Source: a virus. From it: 64,000 nt of DNA. Position 1 is the stretch's first letter. Each line of letters opens with the position of its first letter. The stretch lies in IMG/VR virus record IMGVR_UViG_3300029235_000303; one strand, given 5' to 3'. Below the pieces are notes generated by a model. The model searched no databases and was not told where the DNA came from. It saw only the letters and a program-made list of their open reading frames with translations. Shown in pieces: positions 37,256-47,113 of the stretch. The position numbers were made by a program, and so were the translations under genes.

Positions 37256-38029
37256 ATGGCAGTATTTGTAACAGGCGATATACATGGAAATCCTGTAAGA
37301 TTAAGTAAAGATAGTTTCTATGAACAGAAAGATTTCTCTGGAAATAAAGATGAGAACATTGTAATTATTCTTGGCGATTTTGGTCTTGTATGGAACAGAG
37401 ATGGTGAAAGCAAACAGGAAAAATATTGGTTGGATTGGTTAAATCAGAAATCATTCACAACTATATTTGTTGACGGAAATCACGAATGTTTTCCAAGAAT
37501 CTATAGTTATCCTATAAAAGAGTGGCGTGGTGGTAAGGTTCATGAAATTAGATCCAATGTATTACATTTAATGCGTGGCGAAGTGTTTACCATTGAAAAT
37601 AAGAAATTCTTTGCATTTGGTGGTGCATCAAGTCATGATATTCAGGATGGCATTCTTGATTACAATGACGAAGATTGGAGAGAAGAAGCCAAGAAGCTTG
37701 ATAAGCAAGGTAAGTATATGTATCGTATCAAGGATTTATCTTGGTGGAAAGAGGAATTGCCAACAGATGAAGAAATGCAGTATGGACTAGAGGTTTTAAA
37801 AGAAAATAACAATATAGTTGATTATATTATTACACATAGCCCTTCTACATCAGATTTGTATCTTATGGGTGGTAAAGGATTATATGAATCAGATATATTG
37901 ACTAATTATTTGGAAGAAGTGAAAGCTACAACTGAATACAAAAAACATCTGTTTGGTCATATGCATTTAAATAAGGCAATCAATGACAGAGATATTTGTT
38001 TGTATGAACAGATTGTTAGGATATTGTAA
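37256..38029 (+). CDS. calcineurin-like metallophosphoesterase
   Basis: ...VTGDIHGN..., ...ILGDFG..., ...VDGNHE... metal-ligand motifs in the canonical order. Confidence 0.65.
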   Translation: MAVFVTGDIHGNPVRLSKDSFYEQKDFSGNKDENIVIILGDFGLVWNRDGESKQEKYWLDWLNQKSFTTIFVDGNHECFPRIYSYPIKEWRGGKVHEIRSNVLHLMRGEVFTIENKKFFAFGGASSHDIQDGILDYNDEDWREEAKKLDKQGKYMYRIKDLSWWKEELPTDEEMQYGLEVLKENNNIVDYIITHSPSTSDLYLMGGKGLYESDILTNYLEEVKATTEYKKHLFGHMHLNKAINDRDICLYEQIVRIL

Positions 38030-38043
38030 AGTGAGGTGAGAAT

Positions 38044-38433
38044 GTGAAAATAAAAGATAAAATACGAAATAAATTAAGAACTTGGTTCTTTGAGACTGAA
38101 TTAAAGGACTTGCAAAAATCTACTATACAGATGCAAATGGCACGAAACCAATATTCAGACGCATATAGATTAGTCAATGATTGTCATCAATTAATAAATT
38201 CAATGATGGATGTCGGAACTGATATTCATTTACATAGCGACTATTCTTGGGCTGTTGTATGTATTAAAGGTCACCCAGAGTACGTATCATTTATGCCATT
38301 ATCATCTGGTGATGCTCGTGATGTAATCAGATTTTTACAACAATTCAAATATTCAGATAGAGTAATTGATTCCCCTTTTGCATTTAAAAATATGATTAAT
38401 GACCATATTATGGATAATCCATTTGTAAAGTAG
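38044..38433 (+). CDS. hypothetical protein
   Basis: AGTGAGGTGAGAAT then GTG. Confidence 0.35.
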   Translation: MKIKDKIRNKLRTWFFETELKDLQKSTIQMQMARNQYSDAYRLVNDCHQLINSMMDVGTDIHLHSDYSWAVVCIKGHPEYVSFMPLSSGDARDVIRFLQQFKYSDRVIDSPFAFKNMINDHIMDNPFVK

Positions 38434-38516
38434 AGAATAATCTAATATAGAAGTAATTCTATTCAAAGGCTGGTCAGCCAAATTTTCCAAATAAAAGTAA
38501 CAAGAAATATTTTTTT

Positions 38517-38560
38517 CCTATGGTTTTAGCAGACGTGTTAATTCCATAGGATTTTACAAC
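38517..38560. repeat. hairpin carrying a degenerate copy of the 55.7-kb CRISPR-like repeat
   Basis: CCTATGG-TTTTAGCAGACGTGTTAATT-CCATAGG, then ATTTTACAAC. It shares GTTTTAG...TGTTAATT...AGG with the repeat GTTTTAGAACCATGTTAATTTATAAGG, and GGATTTTAcAAc with GGATTTTAgAAt of the degenerate third repeat. Confidence 0.35.
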
Positions 38561-38636
38561 AAAATAATTAAGAAGAAAGGGTTTAACAGTAAATTCTAGG
38601 ATAAATGATTGCGCAATCTCTGTAGATTAAAGGATT

Positions 38637-39623
38637 TTGACAGAGAATAAAGAAAAAAATAATTATTGTGAGTTAAATGTATTAAGTTTATGCGATGGTA
38701 TGTCATGTGGACACATTGCATTAGAGAAAGCAGGATTTAATGTTGGTAAATATTTTGCATCAGAGATTAAGGACGTGGCAATTAAGGTAACAAGAGACAA
38801 CTATCCTGAAACAATTCACATTGGAGATGTGAACAAGATTACATATAAAGATGGTGTATTACATACAGAAGTCGGAGACTTTGAAACAGATATTGATATT
38901 GTAATGTTTGGTAGTCCTTGTCAGAGTTTTTCAAGAGCAATGATTAAAGAGAGAAAGATTGGTCTTGAAGATCCAGAACGTTCAGGTCTGTTTTATGAGT
39001 GCAATAGAGTATTGAAAGAAGTAAATCCAAAGTATTTCCTTATGGAAAATGTAGTGATGAAACCTGAAGATGAAGCCGTTATTAGTGAAATGATGGGAGT
39101 AAAACCTATCAGAATCAATTCTTCTCTTGTAGTAGGACAGCTTAGAGATAGATATTATTGGACTAATATTCCAGGAGTAACAGTTCCAGAAGATAAAGGA
39201 GTTACTTTACAAAGTGTACTCAATGATGGATATGTACCAAACGAGAAAGCAAAATGCCTTTGCAAGAATGATTCTCACGGATATTACAACGGCTGTTTTT
39301 GGACACCAATTAAGAGGTTTCACAGATTCTATTATAAGTCGTTTGGAACAATGGTGTTCCCATCGAAAGAGTATTTTGATAACTGTTTAGAGGTTACAAA
39401 GAGAATATTAGATGGAAGAAAATCTTCTGCAAAAATCTATGATGATTACAATGGTCATGATTTTGATGAAGCAAGATATTTATGGAAAGAAGAGAGAGCA
39501 AGATTGCAAGGAGTTCCAGAAGAATATGTAGAAAATATGACTGAAAAAGATGCGGCAGATGTTCTTGGTGATGGTTGGACTGTACCTGTAATCGCACACA
39601 TTTTCAGTTTTATGAAATTTTAA
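38637..39623 (+). CDS. DNA (cytosine-5)-methyltransferase
   Basis: Motif I LSLCDGMSCGHIAL, motif IV GSPCQSFS (PCQ), motif VI LMENVV. TTG start after AAAGGA. Confidence 0.8.
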   Translation: MTENKEKNNYCELNVLSLCDGMSCGHIALEKAGFNVGKYFASEIKDVAIKVTRDNYPETIHIGDVNKITYKDGVLHTEVGDFETDIDIVMFGSPCQSFSRAMIKERKIGLEDPERSGLFYECNRVLKEVNPKYFLMENVVMKPEDEAVISEMMGVKPIRINSSLVVGQLRDRYYWTNIPGVTVPEDKGVTLQSVLNDGYVPNEKAKCLCKNDSHGYYNGCFWTPIKRFHRFYYKSFGTMVFPSKEYFDNCLEVTKRILDGRKSSAKIYDDYNGHDFDEARYLWKEERARLQGVPEEYVENMTEKDAADVLGDGWTVPVIAHIFSFMKF

Positions 39624-39721
39624 CAGAGAATAACAGAATATGAAGTTCGTAGGAAAGCGGAATTTCTTCTGAGTTCAGAGAACAAATACATATAAAAATA
39701 AAGAAAAAGAGGATTAAATAT

Positions 39722-40027
39722 ATGAGTAAAGCTGTTTTAGTGTTAGATATGCCTGGAACTTGTTGTGATTGTAATTTTTGTAGAGAAATACAAGAAGGTA
39801 TCGAAGCATGTTGTGAATTAATGGATGAGCCAAATGATAATACTCTTTGTAGAATGGTTGATAGTAAAAATGGATATTGTCAAGAAAAACCAAATTGGTG
39901 TCCATTAAAAGAATTACCAGAAGAGACTCACAATGATGAATATATGGATGAATATTGTGATGGCTATGATAATGGTTGGAACTCATTAAGAAAGGAAATT
40001 TTAGGCGAAGATGAGGAGAATAAGTAG
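39722..40027 (+). CDS. Cys-rich small protein
   Basis: GAGGATTAAATAT then ATG; multiple CxxC. Confidence 0.4.
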   Translation: MSKAVLVLDMPGTCCDCNFCREIQEGIEACCELMDEPNDNTLCRMVDSKNGYCQEKPNWCPLKELPEETHNDEYMDEYCDGYDNGWNSLRKEILGEDEENK

Positions 40028-40375
40028 ATGACAGTTGGTGTAAAAATATATGAAGCAAAAGATACAATTAAGAAATACGAAAACCTTGGGTATAGATTTG
40101 TTGGTGAAGAAAATGTGGGTGAAGGATACCTAAAGCTCATATTCAGAGATCCTATTATTCAAAAAGAGAATTTAATTAAAATACCAAATGTTTCATCTAC
40201 TGTTACAGGTACGATTCCAAGAGTATTTCTTTTTAAAACTGATTTACCATTTGACGATGCCGAGAAAATAGGTGAATGGATTTATAAAAGTATTAAGAAA
40301 GGTGTGCTTGTTATTCCAGAATGTGTTGAATTTATAGGTGTAGAAGATTTGTATAAGACAGAAAGGATAGAATAA
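40028..40375 (+). CDS. hypothetical protein
   Basis: Start overlaps the previous stop. Confidence 0.4.
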   Translation: MTVGVKIYEAKDTIKKYENLGYRFVGEENVGEGYLKLIFRDPIIQKENLIKIPNVSSTVTGTIPRVFLFKTDLPFDDAEKIGEWIYKSIKKGVLVIPECVEFIGVEDLYKTERIE

Positions 40376-40573
40376 ATGAATAAAGAAAAACAAATTGAGG
40401 TATTAGAAGACCTGAAATCTTATGTAAATGAAAATTGGGATGAGTATGAATATGCAGATGATATAAACGATGCCAATGTAGCACTAGATGCAGCAATAAC
40501 TTTACTCAAATCGTCTAAAGTTGCAGGTACATTAACCATAAATAATAAAAGTTATATAGTTCTTGAAGGGTAA
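40376..40573 (+). CDS. hypothetical protein
   Basis: ATG overlapping the stop. Confidence 0.4.
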   Translation: MNKEKQIEVLEDLKSYVNENWDEYEYADDINDANVALDAAITLLKSSKVAGTLTINNKSYIVLEG

Positions 40574-40620
40574 GAATCATAGATTTCTTTTGGAGAATAT
40601 ATTAGCAGGAGGTGATGCGA

Positions 40621-41303
40621 TGAGCAAGATATACGATTATGAAGAATATCAAAATCAACGAGTAAAAGTTACATATACTGATAAAAGAAAATACAGAGAA
40701 GAAAACATTGTTGGTCTATATGGACAAGTTATTAAGACTACAAGTGGATCAATAGCGGTTCAGATTGATGGAATGTATAATGCAGCAAGCTCCAATGGAT
40801 TATATTGGTTTAAAAGAAGTGAATTGGATATTATTAGAGATGAAAGTGAGGATAATAAAATGACAGGATTTAATAAAGTGGCGATTGTAAATTTGGTAGA
40901 TGATTACAATAAGAAGGATTATGGATTTGCTTTATATGATGAAGATATGAATGAAATTGTTAAGTACGATACAAACCATCCGTTATATGTGATTGTAAAT
41001 GCAAGAGGAAAAGATAATAGAGTCCTTGGAATTTTAAAAGAAGTAAAGTCAGTAGAAGCATATGGCAAGTGCGTAACGGCACAGATCGTTGGAGTTGTTA
41101 ATATGAATGCGTATAATGCAAGAATTGATAAGGAAAATTATCAGAAAGAAATCGCAAAGCAGAAAGCTTCTATTGAGAAGGAGTTAAAGTCTGAGATTGA
41201 AAAGATGAATAATATTGCTTTATATGAAAAGATGGCAAAGGAGCATCCTGAAAATCCAAGACTCACTGAACTTGTTAATGCACTAAAAGAGTTAGGAGAA
41301 TAA
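40621..41303 (+). CDS. hypothetical protein
   Basis: GATTTCTTTTGG, then AGCAGGAGGTGATGCG, then ATG at 40621. Confidence 0.45.
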
Positions 41304-41304
41304 T

Positions 41305-41565
41305 ATGGCAGGATTTATATCAAAACAGCCAAATGGATTATATTGTAGATTTTCGAGTGTCACGGATTGTCCTACGGCATGGAACATGACACGAGAAGAT
41401 TATATCAATATGAAAATGCAGGAAGCAAAAGAAGATGCTGAAGATGTGTTGGATAATTATTTGAAGCCGTTTGATATGGTGGTAGATATGTATTATCCAA
41501 ACAATATGACAAAAGAGGAATTTGATGAATTTCTTGAAGAGACTGGATATAACAAAGGAGAATAA
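41305..41565 (+). CDS. hypothetical protein
   Basis: GGAGAATAAT then ATG. Confidence 0.4.
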   Translation: MAGFISKQPNGLYCRFSSVTDCPTAWNMTREDYINMKMQEAKEDAEDVLDNYLKPFDMVVDMYYPNNMTKEEFDEFLEETGYNKGE

Positions 41566-41570
41566 TCTAT

Positions 41571-41720
41571 ATGAAGAACTGTGTAATTTTAGAAATGGAA
41601 AATAGTAATGATTTTGAGAATGCTATGAATGATTATTTGGATGATGGATATAAAGTAGAATCCAGCTCATGTAATAGTAGATACTATAAAGCAATTCTTG
41701 TGTTAAAGGAGGATGAATAA
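41571..41720 (+). CDS. small hypothetical protein (49 aa)
   Basis: GGAGAATAATCTAT then ATG. Confidence 0.3.
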   Translation: MKNCVILEMENSNDFENAMNDYLDDGYKVESSSCNSRYYKAILVLKEDE

Positions 41721-41725
41721 AACAT

Positions 41726-42085
41726 ATGAAGAAGAAAATTTTATATAGTTTGGCTTTGCTATTAGCATTTATGTTTATATTAACTGGCTGTGCAAAATGC
41801 ATTAGTACCGAAACATCTACAGTTCAAGTAAAAATAATAGATGAATATCACAGGGCTGCTTATACAACAATGTATTATAGTCCTGCGACTAAAACAATGA
41901 TGCCACAATCGCATCCAGCAGTTTATAGAATCACTGTTGAATATAACGGTGTAGAATATAATATTTCTGGTAGTAATACATATAACAAATATTCAGACAA
42001 AATTGGAGAATATGTTGATGGAATATTAGAAACCAAGAAATATGACGATGGTACTGTTAGGTACAATATTGTTGACTTACCATAG
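41726..42085 (+). CDS. lipoprotein
   Basis: AAAGGAGGATGAATAAAACAT then ATG. Signal peptide with lipobox LTGC. Confidence 0.55.
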   Translation: MKKKILYSLALLLAFMFILTGCAKCISTETSTVQVKIIDEYHRAAYTTMYYSPATKTMMPQSHPAVYRITVEYNGVEYNISGSNTYNKYSDKIGEYVDGILETKKYDDGTVRYNIVDLP

Positions 42086-42417
42086 TAAATAAATGATATT
42101 ACAAAAGACATAGTAAACCGAAGTTTCTTTGGAGTTAGGAGGTAGAAATAGCAAATTTAAATTTAGAAGATTTTAGTGAAGAATACAGAAAAACAGCACC
42201 AATGGAATGTTCTTTGTATTTAGTTTCTTGTTTAGATAAAGATACACAAACGCAGTTAAAGAAAGATTGGAATGAAGCTGGTGGTGTTAAAGTAATTCCA
42301 TATTGGAAATGGTGTATGGAACATATTGATGTAATCTATCACAAATAAGAGAATAATACATTGAAAGGAGCGAGAGATTTGCTGCAGCATTAAATCTGGA
42401 TTTGCTCTGAGTAAGAA

Positions 42418-43293
42418 ATGTTAGAGATTAACAAAATATACAATGAAGATTGCCTTGAAGGTATGAAAAAGATTGATGATAAATCGGTCGATTTCATCTT
42501 CACAGATCCACCTTATAATACGACTAATAATTCTTGGGAATGTGAAATGCCGTTAAATGATTATGTCGAGTTATCAGGACAATATTTCTATGAAACAGAT
42601 CTATTTAATTTGGCTCAAGTAACAAATAGTAGTCTTGAGTATACAAGAGATTGGTTTTATGAGAACAAAAAAGATGGTTTATGGACTCATTACAATCGAA
42701 TTATCAAAGATAATGGTTGCATTGCATTATGGGCGCAATCACCATTTGATAAGAGGCTCGCTTGTAGTAATGAAAAGCTATATCGCTATGAATGGATTAT
42801 CGAAAAGACCAAAGCAACTGGTCATCTAAATGCAAAGAAAATGCCTATGAAGGCACACGAAAATGTCTTGATTTTCTATAAGAAACTCCCTACATATAAT
42901 CCACAAATGACAGAAGGACATACGCCTGTTCATTCTTATACAAAGCATACGACAGATGGTAACTGTTATGGTGCTACAAAGACTGGTATTTCAGGTGGTG
43001 GCAGTACACAAAGATATCCAAGAGATGTTCTGCAGTTCAAGTGGGATACTCAGAAAAGTAGCTTACATCAGTGCCAAAAGCTTGTTGAAGCGTGTGAGTA
43101 TTTTATTAAGACATATACCAATCAAGGAGATTTAGTTCTTGATTCATGTGCAGGAAGTTGTACAACTGCAATTGCAGCTTTAAATACAGGTAGAAATTAC
43201 ATATGTTTTGAGAAAGATAAGGATATTTTTGAGGTTGGAAGTAAGAGAGTAGCTGAATATGCTAATCAAGATTTGTTGATGAGTGCTACATAA
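42418..43293 (+). CDS. DNA methyltransferase, N6-adenine/N4-cytosine (beta class, DPPY)
   Basis: N-terminal ...IYNEDCLEGMKKIDDKSVDFIFTDPPY... and C-terminal ...GDLVLDSCAGSCTTAIAA... (FxGxG SAM motif) in beta-class order. Confidence 0.8.
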   Translation: MLEINKIYNEDCLEGMKKIDDKSVDFIFTDPPYNTTNNSWECEMPLNDYVELSGQYFYETDLFNLAQVTNSSLEYTRDWFYENKKDGLWTHYNRIIKDNGCIALWAQSPFDKRLACSNEKLYRYEWIIEKTKATGHLNAKKMPMKAHENVLIFYKKLPTYNPQMTEGHTPVHSYTKHTTDGNCYGATKTGISGGGSTQRYPRDVLQFKWDTQKSSLHQCQKLVEACEYFIKTYTNQGDLVLDSCAGSCTTAIAALNTGRNYICFEKDKDIFEVGSKRVAEYANQDLLMSAT

Positions 43294-43336
43294 GAAGCAA
43301 TAAAGAAATCTTTCATGTGAAGATTGGAGGTAAACA

Positions 43337-43552
43337 ATGGGTAAAATTAGTAAACAGACATTTATTGTAGAAGTTGCAACTGATAAAGATTCTTTTGAAG
43401 ATTGGTTAGCAGAGAAGTGTTCAGAAATTTATAATATGGCAATTGATGATTTTATGGAAGCTATTGACGAAGAGGATAGAGACGAATGCTTAGTTGATGA
43501 TATGAAAAGAATCGAAGAATTAGCAGAAAAGGTTAAAGGAAGTAGAGAATAA
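43337..43552 (+). CDS. hypothetical acidic protein
   Basis: TTGGAGGTAAACA then ATG. Confidence 0.4.
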   Translation: MGKISKQTFIVEVATDKDSFEDWLAEKCSEIYNMAIDDFMEAIDEEDRDECLVDDMKRIEELAEKVKGSRE

Positions 43553-43616
43553 TTAACTAAATAATACGAAAGGAGTGAGTGGCAGCCTTAAAGATATATC
43601 GCTCTGAGTAGATTAA

Positions 43617-44348
43617 ATGGTATATCAAGGAAGTAAAAACAGGTTGGCAAAATTTTTAGTGCCGATTATTCAGAAGTATATTGATGATAATAATATTAAA
43701 ACTTACATAGAGCCTATGTGTGGTGGAGCTAATCTTATTGATAAGATTAAATGTGATAATAGAATTGGAGCAGATATTAACGAAGAGTTGATTGCTTTGT
43801 TGAAATATGCTCAGATAGACAACGGTTTATCTATTGCACCTGAAGTATGTACATTTGAACATTATGCAGAGGTTAGAGAGGACAGAAAACTTGGAACTCA
43901 TAAGTATTCGCCAGAATATATTGCATTGATTGGATATATGGCAAGCTATGGTGGCAGATACTTTGATGGTGGTTATGGTAGAGATTCAAAGGGTGGCAGG
44001 AGTATTTATAATGAGAGATTAAATAATTTCAAGGAACAAGCACCGAATTTGAATGATATTGAATTTATGTGCTGTGATTATAAGAATTTCTCAGATTATA
44101 AAAACTGTGTATTTTATTTTGATCCACCTTACAAAGATACAAAACAGTATTCTAAACAGTCAATTGACTACGATTCTTTTTACGATTTTCTTCGTAAACT
44201 TTCAGAGAACAATATAGTGTTGGTAAGTGAATATAATATGCCTAATGATTTTAAGTGTATTTGGCAGAAAGAGCGTAAAGTGTTGCAGAAGTCAGATAGA
44301 GTAACAGGCGAAAAAGCAGTAGAAAAGTTGTTTGAAATAAGAGAATAA
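43617..44348 (+). CDS. Dam-family (D12 class) N6-adenine DNA methyltransferase
   Basis: ...YQGSKNRLAKFLVPII... (compare the Dam KWAGGK region), ...EPMCGGANL..., ...FYFDPPYKDT. Confidence 0.7.
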   Translation: MVYQGSKNRLAKFLVPIIQKYIDDNNIKTYIEPMCGGANLIDKIKCDNRIGADINEELIALLKYAQIDNGLSIAPEVCTFEHYAEVREDRKLGTHKYSPEYIALIGYMASYGGRYFDGGYGRDSKGGRSIYNERLNNFKEQAPNLNDIEFMCCDYKNFSDYKNCVFYFDPPYKDTKQYSKQSIDYDSFYDFLRKLSENNIVLVSEYNMPNDFKCIWQKERKVLQKSDRVTGEKAVEKLFEIRE

Positions 44349-44367
44349 ATATCTGGGAGGTGACAAT

Positions 44368-44757
44368 TTGATAGAACCACAGTTTTGTGTTGTAGAGGAA
44401 TTAATATCTATGGAATATATGGACAGAAGTGTTTTAATCCTATATCCATATGAACTTAGCAATGAACCAATATTAAAAGACAATATTCCAAAAATGACAA
44501 AAGTGATAAGAGAATATATAAAAGAGTCTGAAATGTATAGCAAGTGTGTAGATACAATTCCAAATCTTATATGGGATTCTCAAAAAATATCTATGCAAAA
44601 TGAAGCTGATGAACATCAAAGAAAAGCTGATGAACTTGCAAAAATAATGAATGAAGGTATCAGCCCTTATGCATGGTATGTCAAAGGTAGGTTTAATGGA
44701 GAGATAGGTGGGTTTCATTATAATGTAGATAATATAGTTTATTTGGATAGAAACTAA
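44368..44757 (+). CDS. hypothetical protein
   Basis: TGGGAGGTGACAA then TTG. Confidence 0.35.
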   Translation: MIEPQFCVVEELISMEYMDRSVLILYPYELSNEPILKDNIPKMTKVIREYIKESEMYSKCVDTIPNLIWDSQKISMQNEADEHQRKADELAKIMNEGISPYAWYVKGRFNGEIGGFHYNVDNIVYLDRN

Positions 44758-44901
44758 CAAGAAATTTTGGTTTCATGGTTTGTCACGAAAACCATACAAT
44801 ATTCGAGACAAAAAGAGAATATAACAATGTAATTACAAGTTAAGGAAAGGAAAAAAGTTCACATGTGAGTAAAGCTGCGCAGCTACTATTGGTGAACAAA
44901 T

Positions 44902-45738
44902 TTGAAAAATACATATATTAAATCGCCTCTAAATTATGTCGGAGGCAAGTATAAGTTACTACCAATCATTGTACCAATGTTCCCAGATAAGATAAATACT
45001 TTTGTGGATTTATTTGGTGGAGGTTTTAATGTTGGTATTAATGTAAATGCCGATCATATTATCTATAATGATATATGCAAACAGGTAGTTGGTTTTCTAA
45101 AATATTTACAAGGTTCAAATATTGAAGAAGTGCTACAGAAAATTGATTCATATATTGATAAGTATGAATTAACGAAAGAAAACAAAGAAGGATATTTACT
45201 GTTTAGAGAAGAATACAACATAGGTATCAAAGATCCAATTAAATTCTATACGCTTTTATGTTATGCGTTCAATAATCAAATCAGATTCAATTCCAAAGGT
45301 GAATATAATATGCCTTTTGGCAAAGATAGATCAAGTTTTAATCCCACTCTTAGACAAAAATTTATAGATTTTCACAAGCGACTAAATGAAATAGATTGTA
45401 GTTTCTTAAATATTCCATTTGAGAGATTTGATTTTTCTGATTTTATGGAAGGTGATTTTGTTTATGCAGATCCACCATATTTTAATTCTGTTGCTACATA
45501 CAATGAAAATGGTGGTTGGACAGAAGAAATGGAGAATAAATTACTAGAGACTCTTGATACTTTGAATGATAAAGGCGTTAAGTTTGCATTAAGTAATAAT
45601 CTCAAATATGATAATCCATTACTTGATAAATGGAAAGATAAATACATAGTTCATTATTTAAAACATGATTATAGCAACTGCAATTATCAGAAAAAGGACA
45701 AGAGTGCCGATTGCGAGGTATTAATCACAAATTATTAA
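44902..45738 (+). CDS. Dam-family (D12 class) N6-adenine DNA methyltransferase, second copy
   Basis: ...SPLNYVGGKYKLLPII..., ...DLFGGGFNVG..., ...VYADPPYFNS. TTG start. Confidence 0.7.
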   Translation: MKNTYIKSPLNYVGGKYKLLPIIVPMFPDKINTFVDLFGGGFNVGINVNADHIIYNDICKQVVGFLKYLQGSNIEEVLQKIDSYIDKYELTKENKEGYLLFREEYNIGIKDPIKFYTLLCYAFNNQIRFNSKGEYNMPFGKDRSSFNPTLRQKFIDFHKRLNEIDCSFLNIPFERFDFSDFMEGDFVYADPPYFNSVATYNENGGWTEEMENKLLETLDTLNDKGVKFALSNNLKYDNPLLDKWKDKYIVHYLKHDYSNCNYQKKDKSADCEVLITNY

Positions 45739-45827
45739 AATCTCAATCTCTGAAATGCCCTAAAATCAAGGCTTTCAGAGGTTGGAAAAGCCAAGGAAAA
45801 CCACGTTTCCTTTGGTCATGAAAGTAG

Positions 45828-46232
45828 GTGAGAAAAATATATTGGGATTTAAATATTGAAGAATGGGAATTTAAAAATAATTACGAAGACATCTATTTTC
45901 TGCTTCATTGTTTATACAATGCAAAAACTGAGTTATACGACAGAACTCTTACTGATATGAGAAGTAAGTATGATCCGACTGAAGCATTTATAGATGGCTG
46001 GAATGGCTGGAATAGAAGTAGATCGAATTGGTATTCCAAGAAATTATACGATAAATGTGTGAAATGTATTGAGTTAAAAACAAGAGGTCATTTTATATAC
46101 AGACATTGGAAAGAATGTGTTTGGAAGTACGAAGGTCTTTCAGCACAAGAATGGATAAATTTATATCAGCAGTTGATTAAAGAAAATAAATACGACAGTT
46201 GGATAATTGAGTATATAGAAATTGGAGAATAA
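45828..46232 (+). CDS. hypothetical protein
   Basis: GTG start inside AGTAGGTGAG; the start is uncertain. Confidence 0.35.
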   Translation: MRKIYWDLNIEEWEFKNNYEDIYFLLHCLYNAKTELYDRTLTDMRSKYDPTEAFIDGWNGWNRSRSNWYSKKLYDKCVKCIELKTRGHFIYRHWKECVWKYEGLSAQEWINLYQQLIKENKYDSWIIEYIEIGE

Positions 46233-46236
46233 CAAT

Positions 46237-46515
46237 ATGAACAAAAGACAGAAAAAGAAATTATTTAAGCAGACACTTATCAAGGTTAGAAAATTGCATC
46301 CACAGAAGGGCGATGTAATTTGTTTTCAGCTAGATTTAGATCGGGTTGATGCTGAAACTATGTGCCAGTTTATGAAAGTTTATTCGAATAATGATGTTTT
46401 CGGTGAATCGAAGTTAGCTTTTGTACCTGTTGATATTAAGCAACTTAAACATAAAAAGGACGCTCAGATATATATTGACAAGTTACAGAGTATTGTAGAT
46501 CAGATGGGAGAATAA
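46237..46515 (+). CDS. hypothetical protein
   Basis: TTGGAGAATAACAAT then ATG. Confidence 0.4.
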   Translation: MNKRQKKKLFKQTLIKVRKLHPQKGDVICFQLDLDRVDAETMCQFMKVYSNNDVFGESKLAFVPVDIKQLKHKKDAQIYIDKLQSIVDQMGE

Positions 46516-46519
46516 AACT

Positions 46520-46744
46520 ATGGGTAAAGTTGTAGATATGAGTAATTTTGATCCGTTATTTGATAATTTGGAAAAGTATGTGAATAAACAAGGATGTACT
46601 CTCGGTAAAGACGCCGAGAGATTACAAAAGTTATTATATTCAATTCAGTATTGTTATATACATGGAGTATTAACAGATAGTCAAAATGAATCGGCTTGTA
46701 AGAAATTTAGAAAACAATTTCAGAAAGCTTTATATGAGAAATAA
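46520..46744 (+). CDS. hypothetical protein
   Basis: GGGAGAATAAAACT then ATG. Confidence 0.4.
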   Translation: MGKVVDMSNFDPLFDNLEKYVNKQGCTLGKDAERLQKLLYSIQYCYIHGVLTDSQNESACKKFRKQFQKALYEK

Positions 46745-46843
46745 GAAAGAAGCATTTCCTGTTAATTTTGTCTAAGAGCATTTCTACACACGGTTTTCCA
46801 AAATAAAAAAGAGAGAATAACTAAATATAAGGAGGTATAGAAC

Positions 46844-47101
46844 TTGCATATAAGAATTGTTGGTTTTAGCGACAGATATGATGATTATAAACTTCTTGGA
46901 TATACAGAAGTAGAGAATATATCAGAAGTTTTTAAGACGCTAGATTATATGAGAAAGAACGAAATTCCATTAATAATCAATACTAATGATGTCATTGATA
47001 CAGACGGAGAAGAATATTACATAGATAGTATTACAATGGTATTCCCAAAAGTGAGTGGTGAGATTGGAAGTTGTATTACTGTTTATGTTGAAGATGTTTA
47101 G
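46844..47101 (+). CDS. hypothetical protein
   Basis: AAGGAGGTATAGAAC then TTG. Confidence 0.35.
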   Translation: MHIRIVGFSDRYDDYKLLGYTEVENISEVFKTLDYMRKNEIPLIINTNDVIDTDGEEYYIDSITMVFPKVSGEIGSCITVYVEDV

Positions 47102-47113
47102 AAGGATAAAGAT

